The notes below the pieces were generated by a model. It was given only the letters and a program-made list of their open reading frames with translations. It had not been told where the DNA came from and ran no database searches. 64,000 bases of DNA from Deltaproteobacteria bacterium. Lineage in GTDB: Bacteria > Desulfobacterota > GWC2-55-46. The stretch is taken from the NCBI GenBank assembly GCA_016182655.1, contig JACPGB010000016.1:3224-67223 (forward strand). Reading direction: 5' to 3'. A program made the position numbers and the translations under genes. Below are positions 37,527-47,158 of this stretch, in pieces (the stretch's first letter is position 1; each line of letters opens with the position of its first letter).

Positions 37527-37555
37527 ATATTATGAAAGGAAATTCAGGACTTTTG

Positions 37556-38530
37556 TTAGATGTTTCGAGCTTCCCTGAGGCCCTCCGTAAATATCCATCT
37601 AAGGCAACGGAGGCTCCTTTCCACCTTGTGCCGGTTCTCCTCGTGGCGTCCTTTTTTAAGGCTTGAGAGGGCCTCCCCCCTTGCTACCCTCACGGCCTGG
37701 TGGAGCGCCGCTATCGCGAGATAGGCGTATTTAAGGCCGCCGTGGTGCTTGGCCCAGTATTTGAGGTTCGCCCTGTGCATCTCTATATAGTATTGTAACG
37801 GGGCGTTGGCCGAGGATTTGCCGCCGTAGTGGATCGCCTCGGCCTCGGGGAGATAGACTATTTTCCACCCGGCGGACCTGATCCTCCTGCACCAGTCCTT
37901 GTCCTCGGCGTAGAAGAAGAACCGCTCGTCGAGCAACCCGGCCTCTTCGACGGCCGCTCTCCTCGCCGAGAGAAAACACCCGCTCAATACGTCCACTTCC
38001 CGTGTCCGGTCATGGGGGTGATAGAGGAGGTCCTTCCGTATCGACTCGAACCCGAGCGCCGCGAGGAGGTTCCGCCCGAGGGAGGGGGCGCGTCTGCAAC
38101 TCAGCTGAAGGGTGCCGTCGGCGTTCAATACCCTGGGGCCGACTAATCCCGCGCCCGCATTTTTATCGAGGTATCGAATGATGCGCCCGACGCACCCGGG
38201 GATGATCCTGATGTCCGAGTTGACTAAAAAGACATACCGGCCCGTGCTCTCCCTTATGCCCGTGTTATTGGCGGCGGCAAAACCGGAGTTAGACGGGAGC
38301 TCTATTAGCCTCGCCTCGGGGAAGAGCGCCCTTACCGCCTCTTGCGAGCCGTCGGTCGAGGCGTTGTCGACTACTATCACCTCATGGTCGATTGCGCGCG
38401 CGTCGTCTCTGATGGACGAGAGGCACTCGACGAGGTACTTCCTCGCGTTCCAGCTGACTATTATGAACGATACGTCTTTCAAGGCTTCAGTAGGACCGGG
38501 ACTCGCCGGCTCGGACCGTCTCGTCCTCAT
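37556..38530 (-). CDS. family 2 glycosyltransferase
   Basis: VSFIIVSWNARKYLVECLSSI...VIVVDNASTDGS GT2 motifs. Confidence 0.8.
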   Translation of the reverse strand: MRTRRSEPASPGPTEALKDVSFIIVSWNARKYLVECLSSIRDDARAIDHEVIVVDNASTDGSQEAVRALFPEARLIELPSNSGFAAANNTGIRESTGRYVFLVNSDIRIIPGCVGRIIRYLDKNAGAGLVGPRVLNADGTLQLSCRRAPSLGRNLLAALGFESIRKDLLYHPHDRTREVDVLSGCFLSARRAAVEEAGLLDERFFFYAEDKDWCRRIRSAGWKIVYLPEAEAIHYGGKSSANAPLQYYIEMHRANLKYWAKHHGGLKYAYLAIAALHQAVRVARGEALSSLKKGRHEENRHKVERSLRCLRWIFTEGLREARNI

Positions 38531-39809
38531 CCTCGGGGGCTGTTTTCAATTCGTAGGCGGCCTCTTCGCTTAAAGACCTCGCAACCGAGATCATCCCGAG
38601 GAGCATGTACAGGACCACCTTTATCTGGTCGAAGTAGGAGACCCCGAAGAACGAGACGACATGGACGAGGAGGGATGCCCCGAGCGCCCAGTAAATTTTT
38701 TGTTGGACGTCGTCCTCCGTGGACCTCACGGCCCTGCCTATCGACTGGAACGAGAAGGCGAGTATGGCGATGAATATGACGAGGGTGGAGAGTCCGCCGT
38801 CGACACCTATCCTGACGAAGTTGTTGGTGACGTCGAAGAGGTAGTAGCCCCAGTCGGCGGTCGACCTCACGCCGAAGAGCCACCACTCGTTGAACCTCCG
38901 GAGGAACTGGTCGAAGAGATAGAACCTGTGATATCCGGTGGAGCCGCCGAAGACGTTGGCGCGCGCGAGGAGCGCCCAGACCGGGGCCTTCATGACGAGG
39001 TGCAACGCTATAAGAGTGAGCGCAAGCGCCCACCGGAACTCCCGCATCCTGTCCCTGAAGAACCACATGCACAGGGCCGCGATACCCGCCAGGTACCCGA
39101 GGAGCGGCCCGCTCGAGGAAGTGCTCAAGGTTATGACTGAGGCGGCGATCGCACCGAAGGCCATAAGGGCCCTGCCGTTGCCTCCGACAAGCCTGAGGGC
39201 TATCAAGAGCGGGAAGACCGCGGCGCCGAACGTACCGGCGGTAATAGGGTGTGAGAACGCCCCCTGACAGCGCATCTTGCCCCAGCGGACAATAGTAACG
39301 TCGGGGACGCCGCCGAAGACCGAAAAGAGGTTCCTGCCGTTGACCCTCTCAAGAAACATCGCCGCGGCCACCGGGATGGTGACGAAGGCGAATATCTTCA
39401 CGACCCAGACAATGTCGTCGAAGTCCCGGACAAGGAACCGGATGAGAAAGTATATGCCTATGATGTCGAAGGATACGCCGAGCCTGTTTATGAACGCCCC
39501 CCAGGTCTGCCAGAGCATCGTGTACGTCGCAACCGCCGAGACGGCCCAGAGGACCATGAGCTTGTCTATCGTATTGAGTTTTATCGAATACTCTCCCCGC
39601 ATGAGCACGCGGGTCCAGCCGAAGAGGATAAGGATGCGGATTATGAAGAAGTCGAGCGAGTAGACCATGATCCTCTGCTGGAGAGGGATAAAGACTATGG
39701 CGAAGACGAGCGGCACGAGCGCGCCCCTCCTTGGGAGCGCGAGCATGAGCGAGCCCGCCACGAGCATGAACGCGAGCGCTACGGGATGTATCGGGACCGA
39801 CTGTTCCAT
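38487..39809 (-). CDS. O-antigen ligase/polymerase-like (Wzy_C family) membrane protein, exosortase-locus type
   Basis: Ten or more TM segments with a large periplasmic loop typical of the Wzy/WaaL family; ATGA overlap with the upstream deacetylase stop. Confidence 0.7.
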   Translation of the reverse strand: MEQSVPIHPVALAFMLVAGSLMLALPRRGALVPLVFAIVFIPLQQRIMVYSLDFFIIRILILFGWTRVLMRGEYSIKLNTIDKLMVLWAVSAVATYTMLWQTWGAFINRLGVSFDIIGIYFLIRFLVRDFDDIVWVVKIFAFVTIPVAAAMFLERVNGRNLFSVFGGVPDVTIVRWGKMRCQGAFSHPITAGTFGAAVFPLLIALRLVGGNGRALMAFGAIAASVITLSTSSSGPLLGYLAGIAALCMWFFRDRMREFRWALALTLIALHLVMKAPVWALLARANVFGGSTGYHRFYLFDQFLRRFNEWWLFGVRSTADWGYYLFDVTNNFVRIGVDGGLSTLVIFIAILAFSFQSIGRAVRSTEDDVQQKIYWALGASLLVHVVSFFGVSYFDQIKVVLYMLLGMISVARSLSEEAAYELKTAPEDEDETVRAGESRSY

Positions 39810-41139
39810 CAGAAGTAAGCGAGCCTCCTTAAGAAGTCTGCTACGTTTATCGAGTCCACGTCCGACGAGACCGAAAAGGCGCACCTCGCTCCGGCGGGCC
39901 ATCTCCAGATGCGTATGAGGGGGTAGGGGGAGGCGTCGATACGCTCAAGGAGCTTGAGCTTCTCCGCGCCCGAGAGCGGATCGATGCGCCCTGTCGAGAA
40001 CGACGCGACGTCCGGCGCGCCCTCCCTTATTATAAAGCCCTCGTCCCTTAGAAATTCCCTGACCGGCTCGTTTGACCCGTCGACGGAGATCATGTGCGAT
40101 TCAGGGCTCTCCGTCTCGAAGACGAGCTCTCCGCCCTTGTCGGCCCCCGGGAGGACTTTGTAGTTCCTGTAGAAGAACCTGCCGCCTCGGTCGCCCGGCG
40201 ACTTTATAAGGACAGTTGCGCCCCTCGGCGCAACAAGGCTCATGACGTATCTTTCACCCGGGCGCGCAGTTCTTTCGACCCTCCATGACGAGGCCCGTCG
40301 CGCCTCCCACCAGTCCTTTATCTCGCCTAATGTCGCGTGCCAGACCGGCGGGTCGAGCTTCATCGACTCGTTCACTACGAAAGACGCCGGGCCGCATATG
40401 AACGAGAACCTCTCGGGATGGAAGAGGAGATGGAAGAGCTCGCCCCTCTCGTAGACCCTGTTGAAGGCGCGGAGCCACACGCCTGATATCTCGTCCCGGT
40501 CCCTTACCCTGAACCTTTCAATCATCATCTCGTCGTCAGGGCCGGTTATGGGTATCTCAAGGAGGCCTTCGTACCTTTTCGGAAGGGAGAGCGACTCGTC
40601 CGAACCAGAGATCCTGTAGATGGAGCCGAGCTTGTCGAGCTTCTTTTCCGAACCCCTGCCTTCCCTGGGAGAATCCCAGAGGATGAGGTCGTTGCTCGTC
40701 CAGGAGTACCTGCTCTCGCCGAGAGCCTCTATCGTCCGCTCGTTGTAACTCAGGTACGGACACCGGAAGCCGGAGACCCGAATGCCGAGCCTCCCGAAGC
40801 TCTCGTATGAGAGCCTCAGTATCCCGGAGAGCTCGTCGAGGTTTTTTTTTTGAGGTCCGTGTGGTGAAAGCCGTGGGCCGCGAACTCGTGGCCGCGCGTA
40901 TTGTATTTTTTTAAGAGAGCCGAGTGATTATCGAGGAGCGACGCCGTGACGCAGAACGTGACCCTGACCCCGCGCGAGAGGAAGATGTTTTCTATCCCTG
41001 ACATCATCTCCGAAAACTTCCTTTCGCCGAATGAATACCTCCACGCCACCTGGAGGGCGCGTTCTATCGCGTGGATGAGCCCCTTGGTCCTGATTATGTG
41101 CCTTAAATACCTCATCAGGCCGCGTATGCCCGGAGCCAT
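39809..41139 (-). pseudogene. polysaccharide deacetylase (NodB-type, PEP-CTERM-locus subfamily) interrupted by a +/-1 frameshift in an A10 tract
   Basis: N-terminal frame (40816-41139) encodes ...HEFAAHGFHHTDLKKK then stops. A second frame, open without stops from 40870 down to 39809, continues KKNLDELSGILRLSYESFGRLGIRVSGFRCPYLSYNE...; the two join exactly at T10 (plus 40842-40851). The third-frame ORF 40557-40763 is spurious. Confidence 0.6.
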
Positions 41140-42977
41140 TCCTCGAGGACAGCGATGGAAAAGAGCGTCTTCGAGTTGTCGGACCTCCCCGACCTGTGGT
41201 CGTTAAGCATTGAGAGCACGGTATCCCTTTCAAGATAGCGATAGATTTTGGAGTCCACGCCGGTCAGCCTTTCGGCGAGAGGGCCCTTGATATCCCGGAA
41301 CCATTTATCGATCGGCGTCGCGAACCCGAGTTTTTTCCTCGATACGATCGATTCCGGAAGGAGCCTTCTGGCCGCCTCCCTGTGGACCCACTTGCCCTTG
41401 CCGTTCCTTATTTTGAGGCGGGGGGAGAGCCTTTCGGCAAAGTCGACTACCTCGTTATCCAGGTACGGCACCCTTATTTCCAGACCGTGCGCCATCGAGA
41501 GCTTGTCCGCGTACAGCAGGAGCTCGTCGGGCAGGGACGAGCGCACTTCAAGGAACTCAAGCCCGTTGAGCTCTCCGTCCGGCGGCATGAGAGACAATAG
41601 GCCGGACCAGCAATCGAAGAGCGCGCTTTCCGCGCCTTCCGGCAGTACGCCGTCCCTGAAGAGGGCCCTGGCCGTGCCGTCGTCCACGACCGAGAATACC
41701 CGTTCGTATCTTTCAAACCTGTCGTCGGAGCCGAGCGAAAAGAGCCCCCGTCTTATCGTCTCGTTTCGGGGGAGGCAAGAGAGCCCCGCCGCGCTTAAAG
41801 ACCTTGCCCAGGCGGGAATAGAGCGCCAGTATTTGCCGTAATGCACGCCGAGGTGCCGCTTGTAGCCTCCGAAGAGCTCGTCCGGGCCCTGCCCCATGAC
41901 CGCGGCCTTTACGTCCTGCCTCACCCGCTTGCAGAGGTGGTACATGGGTACGATGGAAGAGGCCGCCACCGGCTCTTCGAGTATCGGGACGAGCCGGGTA
42001 AGGGTATCGTCGAAGTCAGTCTCCCTGAGCTCGACCGGCTGGTTTCGGGCCCCGAGCGCTATGGCCGTCACGCGCCCCTTCATAAGCTCGTCGTCCCTGA
42101 AGTCGATCCCGAACCCCGCCGTGTACGTCCTCCACGGGCCGCCGAGTTCTTTCATGAGGGCGAGGAGGACTCCTGAGTCCACGCCGCCGCTCAAGAGCAC
42201 GCCGATCTCGACGTCGCTCAAGAGATGCCTTTTTACCGCGCGCCTGTAAACGGACAGGAGCCCTTCTACCGCCTCCCGCTCATCAGGCATGGGGTCGAAG
42301 GGGGAGGGCGTCTCCTTCCACCACCGCTCGACCTTTTCTTTTCCGGCTTCTACTACGAGCCTCGTGCCGGGCGCGAGCTTTTTTATCCCTTTGAAGATCG
42401 TCAGGGGCGAGGGCGTGTACCTGTAACGGAGGAAGAGGTACATCGCCATCTCGTCAGGCTCGGGTCTGTGTCCTTCGGATAAGAGCGCCTTTACTTCCGA
42501 GCCGAAGGCGACGCCGTCGGCGTCGCACCTGTAGTAAACCGGCTTTATGCCCATGCGGTCGCGCCCGAGTACGAGTCTTTTGTCCCTCTCGTCCCAGATC
42601 GCGAGCCCGAACATGCCGTTAAGGAGCTTAAGGACGTCGGCGCCCCATTCCCTGTAGCCGTTTACGATGACTTCGGTGTCCGACCGCGTCCTGAAGGCGT
42701 AGCCTTTTGATTCGAGCTCTTTCCTGAGCTCCGGAAAGTTGTATATCTCCCCGTTGAAAGCGACCCAGACGCGGCCGCCCTCGTCGGACATCGGCTGATG
42801 GCCCCCCGAGAGGTCTATGATCGATAGACGCCTGAAGGCGAGGCCCAATGGGCCTGATGTGAATACGCCCTCGTCGTCCGGGCCCCTGTGCGAGATGGAA
42901 GAGGCCATCTTTCGGAGTGTCGCGGCCTCGACGGGTCGTCCCGTCCTGAAGTTATACCTTCCGGCTATGCCGCACAT
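41115..42977 (-). CDS. asparagine synthase (glutamine-hydrolysing) family amidotransferase, exosortase-system-associated type
   Basis: N-terminal MCGIAG glutaminase nucleophile motif, SGGVDS PP-loop; full-length AsnB similarity. Confidence 0.85.
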   Translation of the reverse strand: MCGIAGRYNFRTGRPVEAATLRKMASSISHRGPDDEGVFTSGPLGLAFRRLSIIDLSGGHQPMSDEGGRVWVAFNGEIYNFPELRKELESKGYAFRTRSDTEVIVNGYREWGADVLKLLNGMFGLAIWDERDKRLVLGRDRMGIKPVYYRCDADGVAFGSEVKALLSEGHRPEPDEMAMYLFLRYRYTPSPLTIFKGIKKLAPGTRLVVEAGKEKVERWWKETPSPFDPMPDEREAVEGLLSVYRRAVKRHLLSDVEIGVLLSGGVDSGVLLALMKELGGPWRTYTAGFGIDFRDDELMKGRVTAIALGARNQPVELRETDFDDTLTRLVPILEEPVAASSIVPMYHLCKRVRQDVKAAVMGQGPDELFGGYKRHLGVHYGKYWRSIPAWARSLSAAGLSCLPRNETIRRGLFSLGSDDRFERYERVFSVVDDGTARALFRDGVLPEGAESALFDCWSGLLSLMPPDGELNGLEFLEVRSSLPDELLLYADKLSMAHGLEIRVPYLDNEVVDFAERLSPRLKIRNGKGKWVHREAARRLLPESIVSRKKLGFATPIDKWFRDIKGPLAERLTGVDSKIYRYLERDTVLSMLNDHRSGRSDNSKTLFSIAVLEEWLRAYAA

Positions 42978-43858
42978 CAGGAGTGCCTCAAGACGGCCTT
43001 GAATAATCTGGAAGAGCGGAGCCGCTCCTTCTGCTCATTTCTTATAAAATCCACGAATTCTCCGGAGACGGGCCTCTCGTAGCCAATGGCCGCGGACCAC
43101 GCGTAACCCGCGAGCGTGCAGAGCGCGCCCAACACATAAGGCCTGTCCTGGGCCCTGTACGCGCACTTCATTATCTCGAAGAGAGGGTGGTAGCCTAAAA
43201 GGTAATGCGCCACGCCGTGCCTGAAGCGGGACTTAAAGACCCGGCCGTTGCCGCCCGAGACCCTTCTGTGGTGGAAGGCCTTGAGGTCGAATGCCCGGAC
43301 CCGCCAGCCGCGCATCCTCGCCGATATCTCCGCCGCGGCGTCTATCCCGCCGGCGCTTATCGGTATGTAGCCGCCGATATCTTCAAAGCACTCGCGCCTG
43401 AAGAGCTGTATCGCTCCGGCGACGCTGTCCGGGGTGTTCCTCTGCGGGACGAACTCTTTGCCTATGAGCTCGAATATGACGCCTCCGGCGAGCCCGAGCC
43501 TCCTGTCGGAAAACTCATGCAAGAGGTCCCTGTAGTAATCCGGCCCGAAGGTGATGTCCGCGTCGAGGTTGCCGATAAAATCGTATTTCGACGTGATCGA
43601 GTCGAGCCCGGCCTTGAAGGCTACGGCCTTTGAGCCGAAGTCCCTCGTCCGCCCGCCCTCTCTCCTTACAAGCTTTATGAACGGGTGCAGGCGCGACCAG
43701 CGTTTTGCGATATCGTCGGTGTCGTCCGTCGAGCCGTCGCTCACTATTACCCACTCCGAGGGTCGGAGCGACTGGGCGACGACCGACCTTATCGTGGCCT
43801 CGAGCGTCCTGCCTTCGTTCCGCGCCGGGGTTATTATTGCGTATCTGGGAAATGGCAC
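42977..43858 (-). CDS. family 2 glycosyltransferase
   Basis: YAIITPARNEGRTLEATIRSVVAQS...VIVSDGSTDDT GT2 motifs. Confidence 0.8.
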   Translation of the reverse strand: MPFPRYAIITPARNEGRTLEATIRSVVAQSLRPSEWVIVSDGSTDDTDDIAKRWSRLHPFIKLVRREGGRTRDFGSKAVAFKAGLDSITSKYDFIGNLDADITFGPDYYRDLLHEFSDRRLGLAGGVIFELIGKEFVPQRNTPDSVAGAIQLFRRECFEDIGGYIPISAGGIDAAAEISARMRGWRVRAFDLKAFHHRRVSGGNGRVFKSRFRHGVAHYLLGYHPLFEIMKCAYRAQDRPYVLGALCTLAGYAWSAAIGYERPVSGEFVDFIRNEQKERLRSSRLFKAVLRHS

Positions 43859-43859
43859 C

Positions 43860-45059
43860 TCAGAACCTGAACCTGCTTCTTCCGTGGTCGATGAGTATGC
43901 GGAGTATCCTTTTTGCGGACCTGCCGTCCCATTTATCCGGCGCTTTTCTCACCACACTCCTCTTGAGCTGTGTCGCTATCGCCTTTGCTATCCCTTCTTT
44001 CTCGACCCCGGCGAGGATGTTCGTGCCTTTCCTTACGGTCACGGGCCTTTCGGTATTCTCCCTGATAGTCACGCAGGGGACGCCGAGGCAGGTCGTCTCT
44101 TCCTGTATGCCGCCGGAGTCGGTAAGCACGATGCGGGCGTTTTTCATGAGGCTCAGGAAATCTATGTAGCCTTGCGGTGCGATGAGGTTTATCTTCCCGC
44201 GCGCCGCGCCCCTTTCCGCGGGGGACGCGAAGCTGAACGCATCTATCAGGCCGAACTCCTCTATCCTCGTCCTCGTCCTCGGGTGAGCCGGAAATATTAC
44301 CGGCATCGTGCTTGAGAGGGGACTTAACGCCTCGACTATCTCCTTAAGCTTTTTCCGGTCATCGACGTTAGCGGGCCTGTGGAGCGTGAGGAGCGCATAT
44401 TCCCTCGGGCGTCCGCCCTGTCCGCGGAGCCTTAAGTCCGATAGCGACCGGGAGGAGTCCGCCCTCCTCTTGAACTTAAGGAGCGTGTCTATCATAGTGT
44501 TCCCGACGAAGTGGATCTTGTCGGCCTCGATGCCTTCCCTGCGGAGGTTCCTTATCCCGCTCTCCTCGGTTACGAAAAGGAGGTCGGAGAGGTGGTCCGT
44601 AAGGACGCGGTTCACCTCCTCCGGCATCGCGCGGTCAAATGACCTCAAGCCCGCCTCGATATGCGCGATGACAGGGCGGCACGCCCCATTATAGGAGGCC
44701 TTTGAGGCGACGAGCGCGCAGGATACGGTCGAATTGACGTCTCCGACGAGGAGGACGAAGTCCGGGTGCTCCCGCATGAGCACGGGCTCGAACCTCGACA
44801 TTATCTCGGCTGTCTGCCTCGCGTGCGTCCCGCCTCCCGCGCCGAGCGAGACGTCGGGCCTCGGGAGGCCGAGGTCCCTGAAAAATAGCCCCGACATCTC
44901 CTTGTCGTAATGCTGTCCCGTGTGCACGAGCGTATGCCTTACGGGCCCCGGACCTTTCGGGGCCACCCTCCGGTTATGTTCGTTGATCGCGGCTATCAAC
45001 GGCGCGGCCTTCATGAAGTTGGGTCTCGCGCCCACGACCGTCATTATCTTTATCTTCAT
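43860..45059 (-). CDS. wecB: UDP-N-acetylglucosamine 2-epimerase (non-hydrolysing), WecB/WbpI-like
   Basis: MKIKIMTVVGARPNFMKAAPLI...VHTGQHYD...LVGDVNSTVSCALVASK are hallmark motifs of the family. Confidence 0.85.
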   Translation of the reverse strand: MKIKIMTVVGARPNFMKAAPLIAAINEHNRRVAPKGPGPVRHTLVHTGQHYDKEMSGLFFRDLGLPRPDVSLGAGGGTHARQTAEIMSRFEPVLMREHPDFVLLVGDVNSTVSCALVASKASYNGACRPVIAHIEAGLRSFDRAMPEEVNRVLTDHLSDLLFVTEESGIRNLRREGIEADKIHFVGNTMIDTLLKFKRRADSSRSLSDLRLRGQGGRPREYALLTLHRPANVDDRKKLKEIVEALSPLSSTMPVIFPAHPRTRTRIEEFGLIDAFSFASPAERGAARGKINLIAPQGYIDFLSLMKNARIVLTDSGGIQEETTCLGVPCVTIRENTERPVTVRKGTNILAGVEKEGIAKAIATQLKRSVVRKAPDKWDGRSAKRILRILIDHGRSRFRF

Positions 45060-46112
45060 TCAGAGTGTCTTCACGATGGCCTCGATGTTGTCTGCGAGGA
45101 CTTTCAGGGCCTGGTTCCTGGCCTTGGGCGGCCTCCATGGCCTCTTCCATTTGGCTATCTTTATCTTCGACTTCAACTCGGAGGCGTTCTCGATGAGCAC
45201 GAGCCTGCCGGAATCGGCGAGGGACCTGTCGACCGCGCCCGTCCTGCCCCTGAAGACGCTGTAGACCGGGGCCCCGAGCGCGGCGGCCTCCCGGTTCATC
45301 GTCCCGCCGCCGCTTATGACCATGTCGGAATGCCAGATGAGGTCAAGCCCGTCGAGCACCCCGCCGGGGATGATAAGCCGCCGGGAGTCGATGAGCGGAC
45401 GCCACTTCCTGAATATCAGCGCCCTGTCCTTATGGTTCCTCGGGAGGACCACCATCCTGAGGTTCTCGACGGACGCGAGGTGGTCGACGGCGGCTTCGAA
45501 GAGGCTTATGGACTCCGGGTTCTGGTAATTGGCGTCCATCGCCGGGGGGCGGACCGTCGCGAGTATCTCGTCTTCCCCGATATTGAGCTCGCGCCGGAGC
45601 CCCTTTGACGGGGTGAAGTCCGAGAGATAGACCTCCTCTTTTATGCCGGGGTACTTAAGCGCCCGCGAGCCGTTCTTGCGGAGCGCCTTCTCGGGGATGA
45701 CGTCAGGCGAGATCGACCAGGTCGGGCGGGTGACGAAAAGCCCCTTCGAGTGCTCGTAATCGAAGATGAGGACCGTCGGGATCTTGAGCGCCTTTGCCGC
45801 CACTATCTGGGCGCGCGACCCGTGCGAGAGGGCGAGCACGGGTTTTTCCCTCAATGCGAACGGCATGAGGCTCAAGGACCTCACGACGAGCCCGAAGACC
45901 TTGAAGACCTTGTGCTTCCCGTAGTGCCTGCCGATTTTTCGGTAGTCCATCTTGAACCGCTCGGCAAGTTCGCATACCTGGAAGCACTCCCGCGCGGTAA
46001 GCACGACGTCATAGCCCCTGCTCTCAAGCTCCCTTATTACGGGTTTGAAGAAGACGACATGGGGCGAGTTGTCGAGGTCTATCCAGATCTTTTTTCCGTT
46101 TTTTCTTTTCAT
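45060..46112 (-). CDS. DUF354-like GT-B-fold protein (epimerase/glycosyltransferase-related)
   Basis: KIWIDLDNSPHVVFFKPVIRELESRGYDVVLTARE is the characteristic DUF354 N-terminus; start set at internal ATG 46110-46112 to avoid overlap with the FemAB-like gene. Confidence 0.65.
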   Translation of the reverse strand: MKRKNGKKIWIDLDNSPHVVFFKPVIRELESRGYDVVLTARECFQVCELAERFKMDYRKIGRHYGKHKVFKVFGLVVRSLSLMPFALREKPVLALSHGSRAQIVAAKALKIPTVLIFDYEHSKGLFVTRPTWSISPDVIPEKALRKNGSRALKYPGIKEEVYLSDFTPSKGLRRELNIGEDEILATVRPPAMDANYQNPESISLFEAAVDHLASVENLRMVVLPRNHKDRALIFRKWRPLIDSRRLIIPGGVLDGLDLIWHSDMVISGGGTMNREAAALGAPVYSVFRGRTGAVDRSLADSGRLVLIENASELKSKIKIAKWKRPWRPPKARNQALKVLADNIEAIVKTL

Positions 46113-46122
46113 GAGTTTTCCG

Positions 46123-47157
46123 TTATCCCGTGTGCCTGTAAAGGAGCGCGCCCAGGGCCCTGAGTACCGGCATGGGGAGGACTTTGAAAGGCCTGTATGA
46201 TGGCGAGACCGCCTCCTTGCCCGTGACGAAGCACATCTTCCTAAGGTCGTACCTGTAGTAATACAGGGGCTCCGCTTTCGCGCCCCATCCGGACTTGAGC
46301 TGAAGGAGCCCGGCATTTGTCCGCTCGGTCCTTCCGAAGGAGAGAGAGACAACGCCGTCGTCCCTGAGGCGCCTTATCGCCTCCCACATGATGAGGTAGC
46401 TCGCCCTCGTCTCGTCCGCGCCTTTTAAGGACGCGCCGTACTTGTAGACGGCCTTTTGCCCTGAAGAAAGGAAGACAGAGGCCGACAAGACAGCCCCGTC
46501 CTTGCAGGCGAGGCTTACAAAACCCTTGCCTCTGGATATGACGCTCTTCTGCAGGGACCTGAAAAACGAACGGGGCTGGGGCGGGAGGCCTTTTCTTTTT
46601 CTTGAAAGGCAGTTGAGCCTGTAGAACTCGTCCATCGCTTCAGCCGATCGCTCGACCTTCGTCCTTAAATTGCAAGAGATCGCCGCCTTTTTGATATTCC
46701 TGCCGGTCGAATCGCGAAACGATCTCAGTAGCTCGTCGTCGCTTTTCCCGATATCCGTTTCGTGGTGGAGGTATGACGAGTACGATGAATGCGCGTCCTT
46801 GAACCCGTCCCTGAACTCGATGCGCCTCCAGCCGCGCTTGAGCCCGTAAGACCTGATCATCGAGAGGAACTCCCCCGCTTCAGCCGGGTCTTCGAGAAGG
46901 GCAGGGGAGAGGTCGGTAAAAGGGAGGCAGACCCCGCGAGCGCCGGTCACAAGGCTCCTGACCTCCATAAGCGGAACGACGCTTTTTATCGAGCCGTTGT
47001 CTAATCGCGTAAAATAGAGCGGGGTGAAACCGTATGCCTCGATGAGCGCCCTTGCCCACCCTGAGGTATGAAAGGGAGAGAAGTCCTTGAACCCGTAGAG
47101 CCGCTTATCCCAGTCAGGGACTTTCGTAGGGTCGAGGACGGAAATATTCCCGTTCAT
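46123..47157 (-). CDS. FemAB-related protein, PEP-CTERM/exosortase-system-associated type
   Basis: FemAB/GNAT-like fold segments; typical partner of exosortase A loci. Confidence 0.7.
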   Translation of the reverse strand: MNGNISVLDPTKVPDWDKRLYGFKDFSPFHTSGWARALIEAYGFTPLYFTRLDNGSIKSVVPLMEVRSLVTGARGVCLPFTDLSPALLEDPAEAGEFLSMIRSYGLKRGWRRIEFRDGFKDAHSSYSSYLHHETDIGKSDDELLRSFRDSTGRNIKKAAISCNLRTKVERSAEAMDEFYRLNCLSRKRKGLPPQPRSFFRSLQKSVISRGKGFVSLACKDGAVLSASVFLSSGQKAVYKYGASLKGADETRASYLIMWEAIRRLRDDGVVSLSFGRTERTNAGLLQLKSGWGAKAEPLYYYRYDLRKMCFVTGKEAVSPSYRPFKVLPMPVLRALGALLYRHTG

Positions 47158-47158
47158 C

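Noticed and set aside
40557-40763. 68-aa ORF in the third frame inside the deacetylase region
   Set aside because: The deacetylase reading is fully explained by two frames joined at the A10 tract. This third-frame ORF has no similarity and lies within the continuous frame-1 coding sequence.
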